A stretch of DNA of 64,000 nucleotides from an uncultured Methanomassiliicoccales archaeon (GCA_963732855.1 CAVTBB010000005.1:279663-343662); one strand, 5' to 3'. Counted from the stretch's first letter, positions 10,346 through 20,929 are shown. Notes: a model not told the origin generated them from the letters alone. Program-made: numbers and translations.

Positions 10346-11152
10346 TCATCCTAATGCATGCTGGATAATCCTAGTCATATCCTCGGTGTTGTACGTGGTT
10401 CCGCAATATGAGCAGAACTTCAGTCCCTCTTTCTTCGAAGCCCCGTCGATGGTGATGGAAGCGCCGCAGGAATGGCACTTGTATGGGATGGCGAGACCCC
10501 TCGTGCTTATCTGGTCGATAAGGTGGTTCATGTCGACCGTGATGTGTTTGATGATCTTTTCATCATCCAACCTCCTTACTCGTCCTGCTTCTTCCCAGAA
10601 GTGGTTCTTTTCCAGGATGATGGCGGATGCCTCGAAGTTTCCCGCCTTTTCCAGGTTCCTGGCTGAGTAGAGTTCCTGAACCAGAAGCTCGTTGGGTGCC
10701 TTCCCAGGGTTTGCGGACCTCCACATGTTTATCAATTTGCCCATCCAAGGGTCGCTTTTCTCGATGGACTCCACCTTGGCAGCCCATTCCACGGCCTTAG
10801 CATCGGCGGCCAGCTGATGGTTGTACGCATTATACTCGGCTATATCCTTGTCCTTCTTATTGCAGTCCGGGCAGACCATTGACGTCGGAGTTGAGCCATG
10901 TTTCATGACCAAATTAGCCCGAATTACTACTCGAAAGACAGCGAGCATGATCGCCCCCATGATGGAAATCATGAAAGTCGTCTCGAATGAGCCAAAGAGA
11001 AAGACTGTGATTTCGTCCGTTACGTAGCCATAAACGCTTATCAACCCCACAAGAAATAGGGAGACACTCGGGACGCCGAGGACAATCCCAACGACCCGTG
11101 CAGCAATGAACGACTTCGAACACTTGACACATCGGAAGTTTTTCGCAGTCAC
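10346..11152 (-). CDS. Hypothetical membrane protein with multiple CxxC zinc ribbons
   Basis: CVKC, two TM helices, CPDC, helical region, CHSC..CSYC. Confidence 0.8.
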   Translation of the reverse strand: MTAKNFRCVKCSKSFIAARVVGIVLGVPSVSLFLVGLISVYGYVTDEITVFLFGSFETTFMISIMGAIMLAVFRVVIRANLVMKHGSTPTSMVCPDCNKKDKDIAEYNAYNHQLAADAKAVEWAAKVESIEKSDPWMGKLINMWRSANPGKAPNELLVQELYSARNLEKAGNFEASAIILEKNHFWEEAGRVRRLDDEKIIKHITVDMNHLIDQISTRGLAIPYKCHSCGASITIDGASKKEGLKFCSYCGTTYNTEDMTRIIQHALG

Positions 11153-11500
11153 ATACCGCTGGAGCCGTTCTGGCTGATATATATGTTTTGAGCTGATTTG
11201 CAGATACTGGATATTGAATTTAAGTCTGTGATTTAGGTCACCGGATCCTGCGAAGTGCTCAGAGACGCCCGATCGTTCTTCCTATCTAGTTATTTTGCAG
11301 TTCTAGTGTCCTTTGAAGTTGGATTCGATCGCTTATTTGTCCTTTCCAAGTCTCCAACATCCTTCTGCACCTTTCTTCTAAGGCGGAAGGGACCCCCACC
11401 TTTTATTCGATTCCCGCTAGGATGAGAACACTCTCTGACATTCTGCTTGGGAACACCCAATAACTCGGACGAGCCAACAGCGCGCGGGAACATGATGCAC

Positions 11501-11561
11501 CTGATGATCTGGTTTATGATTGATCTGGAAAAGAAGAAGTGAAGAGATTTGTCTGGGCTGA
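11501..11561 (+). ncRNA. Candidate C/D box guide sRNA
   Basis: TGATGA (11502-07), 12 nt, TTGA, 15 nt, GTGAAGA (11539-45), 12 nt, CTGA (11558-61). No target identified and no terminal stem. Confidence 0.3.
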
Positions 11562-11563
11562 TC

Positions 11564-13980
11564 TCAGTCCCTGCGCTTACGGATCACCACAATGGCGACG
11601 ATTGTCCCGATGGCTGCCAGAATGCCTAACGTCATTAACAACGTCGTGTCACCACCGGGCGAAGGTTCATCGGTCTGGCCACTGTCATCAATGATCGAGG
11701 TCATGCTGAGCTGTTCCAGCTGATGGTCGGCTATAACAGTCACATCCTGGGTCGTTCGACCATGCCGCTGGCAATTATGTTCAGTTGCTGCTCGCCTGGC
11801 GCAACGAAAACACTGAACTGCCCTTGTTCGTTGGTGATCGCGGTCTTCCCGCCGATAGCAATATTTGCACCAGAAATTGGCTGGCCGTTCTTGTCGATAA
11901 CGGTCCCACTGACGACCACTTGTCCGAGCAGTTGTTCTCCCGAAACGACGTTGAACGACCAGGAGTAAGCATCCATGATATTACTGGCGAGATCCTTGGC
12001 CCCGGTTACTTAGACCGTATATGATGTTCCAGCCACCAGTGTCCTGCGGATCTCGTAGGTCGTGCCGTTCAATACAAATTGGGCGACCTGTCCATTCAGG
12101 TGGACCAACATCCCGTTCACGTCCACCGTCTCTGAGAATCCGAAGGATATCAGGTCCGAGGCATTGGTGTTCTCACTGGTGAGCGTTTTAGCCACGATGG
12201 TCAGGGCAGCGGTATCCACGGTCAGATTAGCATATCCAACGGTCTCGCGGCCGTTCCTGTCGTATACGGTCAGCTTGAACGAATGATGACCGTTCGTAAG
12301 GTCACCGATTGAGATGTGGATGCCGCCTATACTCCATGACCTACATCAGAGTCGATGCTGTAGGTCATTGACCCTATACCGATGGCATCGCTAACATCTC
12401 ATCGAAAACAACCATCGTGGTGTTTACTATTGTTCCGTCCGCTGGATAGATAGAATGTATGACGGCTGGGTTCAGGCCTAGCGTGAAGTTCACGCCAGAA
12501 GTCCTGCTGTTACCCGCCACGTCGGTCACCCTGACATAAATCGTGTGCACCCCTTCGACTATATGCAACAGTGCATAGGTTGCGGTTCCACGGGACTGCC
12601 ACGCACCGCCATCGACCCTCACGTCGTAAGAAGCGAGCCCGCTTCCGAACTCCATGCTCGTCCAGGTGACGTTGACATCTGGCAGGAAATAGAATCCTCC
12701 CTCTGATGGGTTGGAAATGCTGAGCATCGGAGCGATAGTGTCGATGACCACGATGACAAATGACATTCTCATCTTGCCTGAATTGTCGACTGCTATCACG
12801 TTGATTATGTGGCTGCCATCGCCCAGGTTATTGAATGCCCATCCGGTTACGCTTCCCACGTTAGTCATTTGACCGTTGTCAAGGTCTACCTCATAGTGAT
12901 GGATCCCGGAACCCAGATCGGAGCCGCTCCAGGTAATTGACACTTCGTTGACCGAATACAATGTATGGTTCTATGGGGACAATAATAACACGATGGGCAA
13001 CGTGTAGTCCACCATGATCTGTACGTTCCTCTCAACCATATTGCCGGCCTTATCGAAGGTCCTTAGGTCGATCGTATGGTAGCCTTCAGCGACTCCCATG
13101 AAAGTATGGGCAGAGGCCAAACTTTTGTTCACCCATGCCCCAGTGTCGAGCCGAACCTCTGTACGGTCAAGACCAAATGGGAATACTACCATATCGAAGG
13201 GGTACCAGGAAACCGGGATATCTTGCACGGTCACGGTGGTCCCGTTGAAGAGAGATCGAGTCCAGCTGAGGGATCGCTGAGTCAATGTAGAAATCTATGA
13301 TATACAGCTGGACATGGCCAGCACTATCATTTGTCCTTAGGTAGAATGTATGTGTACCATCGGCCAACGGACTCGTGAAAGTATAGGAATTGGCGGTCCC
13401 AATCGGGGTGTATGCTTCAAAATCCCATCCGACCATGTAAAATACCGTCCCGGTCCCCGCATCATGACCGCCCACTCGATGGTCAGGGTGTTGTCATTGA
13501 TAGCTGAGTGATTGCCCGGAGAGGTTATAGTGGCCAATGGCGGATTGATGTCTACGTAGAACATCCGGACCGCGACAGCTTCATTACCAGCGCCGTCCAC
13601 GGCCTTGACGGAGAAATTGTGTTGCCCCTCTTCTATGCCATCCCTGGTTTGAGCTTCGTTTCCATTCACTCCGACCCAGTTGCCGTCATCCATCTTGATA
13701 TCGTAGTGGTCAATTCCGGCAAATTCATCGGTAGCAGTCCATCGGAACTTGAAACTGTCCGTCTCCAAGATTATACCATCATTTTCGAGATCGGTGATGG
13801 TCAGAATCGGCAGGCTGGTGTATGCAACCCATCGACCCTTCACAATGCCCTCGTTGTCCTCGAAGTAAGCGAGGCAACCCATACTGCCCGAGACATCTTC
13901 TACATCGTCACCTTGCCATCATGCTTCTTGAAGCATTCAAGAGCCGCATCGATCTCGTAGACCTGGTGAGCGATGATGGG
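11564..13980 (-). pseudogene. Disrupted cell-surface protein gene (Ig-like/FN3 repeats, carboxypeptidase-regulatory-like domain, C-terminal TM anchor)
   Basis: ORF fragments 13337-13882, 13167-13475, 12971-13285, 12374-12961, 12010-12219 and 11740-11976 join into one protein ending LGILAAIGTIVAIVVIRKRRD* (TGA 11564). About 6 frameshifts plus in-frame TAG (12971) and TAA (12010). 5' end unresolved. Confidence 0.8.
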
Positions 13981-14338
13981 AATTCAATTGGACCCTGTTT
14001 CGTAATCATCCGCCCTTTATAGCGCCTGGTTCCTTGGCATCCGTTTCTCATCCATCTTCGTTGTGACAACGGACTGATATCTACACTGGATCCAGAAAAG
14101 GCATATCACACCCGAGCATATCGCTGCAGAACCTTCACCCTTTCCATGTCATCCGCGGTGCGTCGGAATGGACCACTTTGACTTGTTTTGCCAGGTTTCT
14201 CCTCGACCCGTCCTTGAGAAAATTTGTATAATGATTTTAGCCGGGTCACGACAACGTATCAGCTGAATAGCGCCATTTCCGCTGACAGGATGGATTTAGC
14301 AACCCGGGTCAAAAGCTGGGAATCATTAAACACCGGCC

Positions 14339-15547
14339 TTAGATATTCGCTCCTTTTTCTGACCTAACCCTTGCCCACAGTACGACCATGGCCGCAACCG
14401 TCACCATGCCCATCGCCGATATCGCCCCCCAAAATAGCCAGGCATTTGTCAGATTGTCATAGAGGAGACCGCCGATCAAGGTGGAACCGAACCATCCGAA
14501 GGAACCGATCAGGCCGAATATTCCCAGGTACTTGCCGCGCTCGGACTCGCTTGACATGCTGACCGTCAGGTCGGTGGAAACCGGTACTACGATCATCTCC
14601 CCTATGGTGATGACGACCATCGTCATTGCAAGCGATATCCCATCCCAAACCCCGGCGACAAAGAAGTATCCCAAGGCGTAAAGCGCCGTGCCCGCGGTCA
14701 TGGCCAGGTATCTATCCCTTTTTTCCAGCACCCGGGCAAGCGGCATCTGCAAGAGCACCACCATTACCCCGTTAATCCCGAAGACCAGACCGATCGTTAG
14801 CGTGTTGATATGAACGCGTTCGTTGGCGAATACCGTATAGGTTGTCCCGAACTGGCCGGCCATCAAGAACATCGGGATACAGATGAAGCAGAAAGTCAGG
14901 AACAGGACCTTGACGTTGCGCAGGTCCTTGACAAGACTGACCTTCTCCCTCGCCGGTCCCGGCTGATACGATTCTGTCAGCATGAAGGCGACGATCAGTC
15001 CCGCCACCAGGGATATAAGCGCCGAGACCAGGAACGTGACGGAGTAGGAGAACACCAGCAGTATCCCGCCTATCATTGGGCCGAACGCAAAACCAAGGTT
15101 CCAGGCCACCCGTAACAGCCCGTAGGCCTCGAGACGCCTGGCCGGTTCCACTACATCCGCCACCATGGCGTTGTTGGCCGGGTCGAACACTCCCCCGAAG
15201 AACATGCTCAAGGAAAGGACAAGAGCCACCGCCGGTAAGTCAGGCCAGTATGCCACCAGAGCCGCAAGCAAGAGGAAAGTGACACACCTAAGCATCATCG
15301 AATAGGTCATGACCCCTAGTCGGCCATAACGGTCCGCCATGAGCCCTCCGACCAGGCTGCCAACGGCACCTGCGATACCGGAGATGAGCAACACAAGTCC
15401 GACCACGACCATCGGCACCCCCAGACCTTGGTACATGAATAGCGCCAGGAACGGTCCGACGATGCTGAAACCGATACCGTCGATCAGGCGCGAGGTGAAC
15501 AAGACCCACACGCGGTGATCATAGCCCTTGAAATTGAACTTCTTCAC
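14339..15547 (-). CDS. MFS transporter (MdtH/YqjV-like)
   Basis: GGLMADRYGRLG motif A, ESERGKYLG, about 12 TM. Confidence 0.93.
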   Translation of the reverse strand: MKKFNFKGYDHRVWVLFTSRLIDGIGFSIVGPFLALFMYQGLGVPMVVVGLVLLISGIAGAVGSLVGGLMADRYGRLGVMTYSMMLRCVTFLLLAALVAYWPDLPAVALVLSLSMFFGGVFDPANNAMVADVVEPARRLEAYGLLRVAWNLGFAFGPMIGGILLVFSYSVTFLVSALISLVAGLIVAFMLTESYQPGPAREKVSLVKDLRNVKVLFLTFCFICIPMFLMAGQFGTTYTVFANERVHINTLTIGLVFGINGVMVVLLQMPLARVLEKRDRYLAMTAGTALYALGYFFVAGVWDGISLAMTMVVITIGEMIVVPVSTDLTVSMSSESERGKYLGIFGLIGSFGWFGSTLIGGLLYDNLTNAWLFWGAISAMGMVTVAAMVVLWARVRSEKGANI

Positions 15548-15801
15548 CGGATTGCCTCCTGTTATTCCTCCCGGGATCGGGAATACGACCTTCGGCCATC
15601 ATTTCCGGTTTATTTATCAGCTCTTTGTGATGACCGAAAAGGTTCCATACTAGCCGATGTGCACCTTTACACAGAGGGAGCGGGCCATCGGGCCATAATA
15701 TCGAAGTTCTGGGAACCCCGACTTTTAGGATCCGCATCCAACCGGGAATCCATTCCCCTAGACCATTCTTAAAGGTCATCGGATAGGCTGGTATATGCAT
15801 C

Positions 15802-16332
15802 CTATTTTCGCAGGTAACTCATCTGGACCAAACCAGAGGAGAATGATTCGACGCTCACTAGCTGGAGCTCGCAGGTTGGAATCCCGTTTCTGAATAGTGG
15901 AATGCCTTGACCCAGGACAACAGGATGCACCGAAATGATGAACTCATCTATCAACGCAGCCGTCATAAAATGGTAAATGTGCTCTGACCCAACGACCAAC
16001 CAAATATCCGTCCCATCAGTGGCGCGCAATCCCTCGATGAATTCCTTTACGGGGTCATTGACGAACTCGACATTCTCATCTCCACCCATGGACGAACGGG
16101 AGAAGACATAACAATCCTTCCCGGAGTAAGGGAAATCTCCCATATCCAAGACCCGGTCGAACGTCTCTCTCCCCATCACAATAGAGTCGATCCGGGTGAT
16201 GAAACCTGTATAACCGTAATCCTGATCCGTGAACAGCCAACTTATGTTCCCATCAGATCCGGCGATGTAACCGTCCAGGCTGCAGGCAATGTACAGAACG
16301 ATCTTCCTCTCTTTTCCCTTCAAGGCGACCAC
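15802..16332 (-). CDS. Dihydrofolate reductase / RibD C-terminal domain family protein
   Basis: LYIACSLDGYIA, VMGRETF, DEFIISVHPVVLGQGIPLF. Confidence 0.92.
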   Translation of the reverse strand: MVALKGKERKIVLYIACSLDGYIAGSDGNISWLFTDQDYGYTGFITRIDSIVMGRETFDRVLDMGDFPYSGKDCYVFSRSSMGGDENVEFVNDPVKEFIEGLRATDGTDIWLVVGSEHIYHFMTAALIDEFIISVHPVVLGQGIPLFRNGIPTCELQLVSVESFSSGLVQMSYLRK

Positions 16333-16391
16333 TTTCCCCTGTATTTTGGAGCGAACAATATTTGATACTCTCTGATGGGAAACTGGGTCTC

Positions 16392-17372
16392 CTAGAGCTG
16401 CAAGAGCCGTTCGAGTTTTTCCTCATCGATATTGAGGTGGCCTAGCCTCACCAGGTCCGGGGTGAACCTCCTCCAGTTTAGGTTCTTTGCGAACACCTTG
16501 CGGAACAATGGCAGCGCCTCTTCGAACCGACCGATGCTGGCCAGTGTCGCCGCATGCCAGAACATCATCTCCTCGTTCTCGGGGAATAAATCCTCGGCCG
16601 CCGAATAGTGTGACATTGCACTATCGATCTTTCCTATCTCCAGTTCCCGGTCCCCTTCATTCATGAGCTCGTAGGCCTTGTTAACGCCGAGCAGTCGCCT
16701 CAATTCCTTGAGAGGTTCCTTGTGGTCATCCACCCGGATGTCCACCTTCCTGTCCCTCCATGCTTTTCCAGAGGGAGATCCGGATAAAACCAGAAGAGCG
16801 GCTGACTGCTTGCCCCGGAAATCCCCGCCGGCTGATTGAGCGGCGTCAAGTGCCGCCATCATCCGATCGGCCAGATCACCTTGCGTCAATAGGAACGCAT
16901 GCGACATCGCTGGCAATACCTTTTCAGTCAGCATCATGTTTGCTTGGACGGAGTGACCATCGCCGACGATATTTCCAGCATATGGGACGCATCTTCGGCC
17001 AGTGTATGAAGCTGCTTCTCCCCTTGCGTTCATGACCGCAAGCTGCCTTACCTCCCTTCCCTCGTCCTTACCTGTCATCCGGTCCACGACCACGCGGGGA
17101 AGGATCCCTTCCTTGAGAAGAGCTAGCCCTTCAAGCCCATATGCAGGGTTGGTAAATGACTGGGTTGCGACGATGCCAACCCCGGCCTCGCCCCACAGGA
17201 CCACCGTGCCGACTGAGAACCAATGGGATTGGACGGCCCCACCGATATCCCCTGTATTTGGATCATAGGCCAAGATCGAGAACGTATGGGCGAACGGGTT
17301 CCGGTTCGGCGATGAGCATGGGGAGTTCGTGGACACAAGAAAGAGAACGGAGTCCGTGGATTTAGAAATCAC
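16392..17372 (-). CDS. DUF1028 (Ntn-hydrolase-like) protein with C-terminal TPR
   Basis: HTFSILAYDP, GAVQS, AGGDFRGKQSAAL, DIRVDDH..PLKELRRL, TPR-like tail. Confidence 0.9.
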   Translation of the reverse strand: MISKSTDSVLFLVSTNSPCSSPNRNPFAHTFSILAYDPNTGDIGGAVQSHWFSVGTVVLWGEAGVGIVATQSFTNPAYGLEGLALLKEGILPRVVVDRMTGKDEGREVRQLAVMNARGEAASYTGRRCVPYAGNIVGDGHSVQANMMLTEKVLPAMSHAFLLTQGDLADRMMAALDAAQSAGGDFRGKQSAALLVLSGSPSGKAWRDRKVDIRVDDHKEPLKELRRLLGVNKAYELMNEGDRELEIGKIDSAMSHYSAAEDLFPENEEMMFWHAATLASIGRFEEALPLFRKVFAKNLNWRRFTPDLVRLGHLNIDEEKLERLLQL

Positions 17373-17391
17373 TCTGGACCAGATGGAGCTA

Positions 17392-18684
17392 TTAGTACCG
17401 AGGATGCTTGCTTCTGAGGATCATTAAGGGAAATATCACTCCAGCGACCATTGCCACCGCGATGAACAGTGTTTGGAGCCCCATCTGGACCGTTCCGAGA
17501 AGTTCCGCTATGGTGACCGAACTGCCATGCTGCTCCATGGCGAATACTCCTTCAATGAACTTGATAGCAAAGTATCCAGGTATCATGGTCAAGGCGGCGG
17601 ATACTGCTATCACTATCTCCGGGACCCGGAACCTGCGGGCGAATGCCAGTGCCATCACCGTTATGAGCGAGGCCGAGACCAGCGTGGCCAGGGCTATGTC
17701 CGCACCGCCCTCCACCAGAGCCAAACGCGAAGCGCGGCCGACCGCACCACATACCGCGCAGGCAAGGAGCGGGTAGCGAGGCGTATTGAAGAGAGCACCG
17801 AATCCGAAAGCCGCCACCGCACCCAACAATGCATCATACACTATGCTGCCAGGCCAGGATAGGACCGGGACCAGTATGCCCTGTGAAGGGATGGGAAATA
17901 TCGCGATGGCCGCCGTGATACCGAACGCAATGATGGCCAGCGTGACGCTGACCATGATAAGTCTGGACACCCCCATCAGATTGTGGTTCCTCACGATCTC
18001 GATGCCCCCGTTGATTAGTTGCACCCCAGGAATGAGGAATATCACCGATACTACGAGGGCCACATCAGTGGCATTGGTGACGCCGGCCTGGGCCAGCAAA
18101 CAGGCGGATATTGCGCCTACCATGGTGGCGGCGAGAACGTTGAGATAATAATTCCAGCCTTGTCTTCCCAATACCCTGAAGACAAGGTAGGAAAGCGCCG
18201 TGGCCGGCAACACCACCAGGATTGACGATAGGTCCCCACCGTTCAGCAGGCCGAAAGAAGCCATGGCCAAAGCGGTGACGATCATCATCGGCACGGTGCC
18301 CCAGGAGCCACGGTCCCGATTCATCCTGTCCAGCTCCGCCTTTATTTTTGTGTGGTCCATTTCCGGTTTGAGCGAATGAAGCATCGAGCTGATCTCAGAG
18401 ACGATGCTATGGTCGATCATGCCGGTCGACGGGACCCTATCGATTTTCGTCCGGTATTCGGTTCCTGAGACTGTCGTGATCATGATCGCATCTGGATTGA
18501 TCAGAATGCGCAGGTCTATGCCCCCAAGGTGTCTGTTCAGGACCTGCATCGAGTCGATGATTCGTTGCGAGGATGCGCCAAATCGATAAAGGGTCCGCCC
18601 TAGGTACAGCACGAGGTCCACGACCTCCTCTGGATGGGCCAGAGATGTGCGGTTGAACACTCTAGGAGTTTCCAATTGCCTCAC
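17392..18684 (-). CDS. Threonine/serine exporter ThrE family (fused ThrE + ThrE_2)
   Basis: GRTLYRFGASSQRI, FGLLNGGD, LIPGVQLING, MIPG; multi-TM. Confidence 0.88.
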   Translation of the reverse strand: MRQLETPRVFNRTSLAHPEEVVDLVLYLGRTLYRFGASSQRIIDSMQVLNRHLGGIDLRILINPDAIMITTVSGTEYRTKIDRVPSTGMIDHSIVSEISSMLHSLKPEMDHTKIKAELDRMNRDRGSWGTVPMMIVTALAMASFGLLNGGDLSSILVVLPATALSYLVFRVLGRQGWNYYLNVLAATMVGAISACLLAQAGVTNATDVALVVSVIFLIPGVQLINGGIEIVRNHNLMGVSRLIMVSVTLAIIAFGITAAIAIFPIPSQGILVPVLSWPGSIVYDALLGAVAAFGFGALFNTPRYPLLACAVCGAVGRASRLALVEGGADIALATLVSASLITVMALAFARRFRVPEIVIAVSAALTMIPGYFAIKFIEGVFAMEQHGSSVTIAELLGTVQMGLQTLFIAVAMVAGVIFPLMILRSKHPRY

Positions 18685-19523
18685 CCCAATTCGAATGACG
18701 TTATTCCGAACACATGGTCCATATCGATGTCTGGAGTTCCACGGGTGTACATCCGCAACGTGCGGAAAGCCTCCTTCATCCCGAATCTCCGAGCCAGATC
18801 GACGGCAAAACGGTTCGGTGCCGGGATGTCGAGGATGAACTCCTCATCGGGGAATTTGGACAATAGGGCAGAGAGGAGATCAGTGGCAATGACCTCATCT
18901 TCGGCAAAAAGGGGCCCCACCTTATGCCCAGTATAGCATCGCCGAATGAGCCCATATCCCTTGATCAGACCATCGGCAATGAAGGCAAGACCGTAAGAAT
19001 CGGGCTGACTGGTCCATAAACTGAGGAAGTTTTCCCGCTCAGAAGGGAACATGCGGGCATCATATTCCGTCAGCTGAGGTAAGGGGACCGATGATATTGG
19101 AACTATTTCCAGGTTCTTCGACGGGAACGGGGCGCCTCTGCCGACATACCTGATATTGTCATGAGCGGGGATGAAACCATAGGACTCATATTTCTTTACC
19201 ATCTGGAGTACCCCATCGCATCCCAGATTGGAGTCTGCCGAATAATGGAGCATATGCGATATCAGAAGCCTCCCTATCCCCTTGTTCCTGAAGTCCGGTC
19301 GCACAATGAGGAGCCCACCGAACTTGAATCCGTTGGAATACGAAACTGTGGATATGCTGCCGACCATCTCACCGTTCCATCGCGCAGCAAAGAATCCCTT
19401 CCGGTCGGTCTCATAGAAGACTTCCGCATCGTGAAGACCAGGGTTCCACCCCTCAGCTCTTGCCCAATCCAAGCAGACTAAGGCCTCCTTCTTCGTCATC
19501 TGATCGACGATTATGTCTTCCAT
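18681..19523 (-). CDS. GNAT N-acetyltransferase (YitH-like, two-domain)
   Basis: WARAEGWNPG, VRPDFRNKGIGRLL, HKVGPLFAED, FGITSFELG; 4-nt overlap with the ThrE start. Confidence 0.92.
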   Translation of the reverse strand: MEDIIVDQMTKKEALVCLDWARAEGWNPGLHDAEVFYETDRKGFFAARWNGEMVGSISTVSYSNGFKFGGLLIVRPDFRNKGIGRLLISHMLHYSADSNLGCDGVLQMVKKYESYGFIPAHDNIRYVGRGAPFPSKNLEIVPISSVPLPQLTEYDARMFPSERENFLSLWTSQPDSYGLAFIADGLIKGYGLIRRCYTGHKVGPLFAEDEVIATDLLSALLSKFPDEEFILDIPAPNRFAVDLARRFGMKEAFRTLRMYTRGTPDIDMDHVFGITSFELG

Positions 19524-19579
19524 CCAATACCTCAGGCATCATGAGAACGTCGCTTCGGCTAAATATGTTCGATGGAGGT

Positions 19580-19678
19580 ATGATGAGCTTCAGGGTGACG
19601 TATCACTTAGGTCAGATGGAGTTGGCCGAGGTACCGGCCAGAACCTCAACGGTAACATATAATATCTATTCAAAATAA
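19580..19678 (+). CDS. Candidate 32-aa small ORF
   Basis: GGAGGT immediately before ATG; MMSFRVTYHLGQMELAEVPARTSTVTYNIYSK*. Confidence 0.25.
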   Translation: MMSFRVTYHLGQMELAEVPARTSTVTYNIYSK

Positions 19679-19679
19679 T

Positions 19680-19756
19680 GGGGGGGTAGCGCGGAGGTTA
19701 AAACTACGGGGATCTTGGGGAAAGACCTTTTGGAGGACCTCCGCGCCATTCTCTCC
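19680..19756 (+). other. Structured intergenic element (nested stem-loop)
   Basis: GCGCGGAGGT (19689-98) pairs perfectly with ACCTCCGCGC (19737-46). The stem extends through G-U pairs possible only on the + strand, and encloses an inner hairpin GGGG-A-TCTT/AAGA-CCTT. Confidence 0.45.
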
Positions 19757-20134
19757 TAATTTCTCATCATTAATAATTCTTATGTTAAGTAGCGTCGATG
19801 TGTGATGCTACCAATCTGCCTTCCCATTACGAATGCTTGACAAAATATCACATACTATCACAAGATGTACATTGATTTCTCTAATTTTGGCGCTGATTAG
19901 TAACATCTACTCATTCGGTTTCGATTTAGGGATGTTCGAGATATCAAGCCTTTTCTTGGACACCATCAAGAATAACGAATATACTCATAAACGGGCTATT
20001 CATTGCCTCGATCGCCCATGATCATCAGAGAAGGCGGCTTCCGAAAGGTCGGCGAGACGGATGTGGGGGAACGGAGGTTCACCCTGTTCCTGTATGAGAG
20101 AAGGATCGTCTGAGTCAACCTGATCGCTTTGTGT

Positions 20135-20929
20135 TCACTTTGCCCCGTACGAACGGACGTGCTTCCAGGAATCCTCAAGTGGGCCAGTTCCTTGATAGAT
20201 GTCCTTGTCGGTTCGGCCGTGCAGCCTTCTGTCCTCCCCTACTGGGCAGACCTTGATGCAAATCCCGCACGGAGATATCCCGCGCCGGTTCAGGCTTGCG
20301 TTATGGCTCAAGCATCGTCCCTTGTCCATGACATGCTCTGGATAGTCGCATGATTCGATCGCCCTAACTGGACAGTGATCCACACATCTCATGCAACGGA
20401 TGCAGAGTTTTTCTTCCATGACTTGGTCGGGCGCAATCCTGGCGCTGGTAAGGATCGAGACGAACCTCACCCTGGGTCCATAACGTTTGGTGAGCAATGT
20501 GTTGTTGACGCCGAATGTCCCCAGACCGGCAAAATATGCAGCATGACGATGCGAGAAGGCAGCTATCGGGCTCTCTTTCAAGACTTCTAGACTGGCATAG
20601 CCATCCCGGGTGATGCCGACCGCCGAATGACCTTCTTCATCCAAGAAAAGCGAGATCCGATATGCAAACTGGTCCAGCAAAAGGTTGATGGTCCTGTATA
20701 GCTCGTGATAGTAGATCGATGGTGTGGTCTCGACGATGGGAAGGATGACGGGCAAGCCGATCACGATGACCGTCTTCGTTCCAGGGATCACGTTCTGTGG
20801 ATAGAATTCCGGAGGCATCCAGGGATAGAATGGCGGATGTTCCCATCGATCGACCGGAGCGAATCCGATCAACGGAATACCTAACCCTTGCGCAAACAGC
20901 TTGATCCTAGTTTTCAGATCTTCTCCCAT
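20135..20929 (-). CDS. Epoxyqueuosine reductase (QueG)-like / reductive-dehalogenase-like 2x[4Fe-4S] protein
   Basis: Likely start ATG 20929; SHRHAAYFAGLGTFG, YGPRVRFVSILT, CIRCMRCVDHCP, CGICIKVCP. Confidence 0.85.
   Translation of the reverse strand: MGEDLKTRIKLFAQGLGIPLIGFAPVDRWEHPPFYPWMPPEFYPQNVIPGTKTVIVIGLPVILPIVETTPSIYYHELYRTINLLLDQFAYRISLFLDEEGHSAVGITRDGYASLEVLKESPIAAFSHRHAAYFAGLGTFGVNNTLLTKRYGPRVRFVSILTSARIAPDQVMEEKLCIRCMRCVDHCPVRAIESCDYPEHVMDKGRCLSHNASLNRRGISPCGICIKVCPVGEDRRLHGRTDKDIYQGTGPLEDSWKHVRSYGAK

Noticed and set aside
11501-11535. CTGATGA...GAAA as a hammerhead ribozyme core
   Set aside because: Stem II cannot form between the motifs.
12971-12973. In-frame TAG as a pyrrolysine codon in the surface protein
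   Set aside because: The same gene also has an in-frame TAA and several frameshifts, so decay or sequencing error explains it better.
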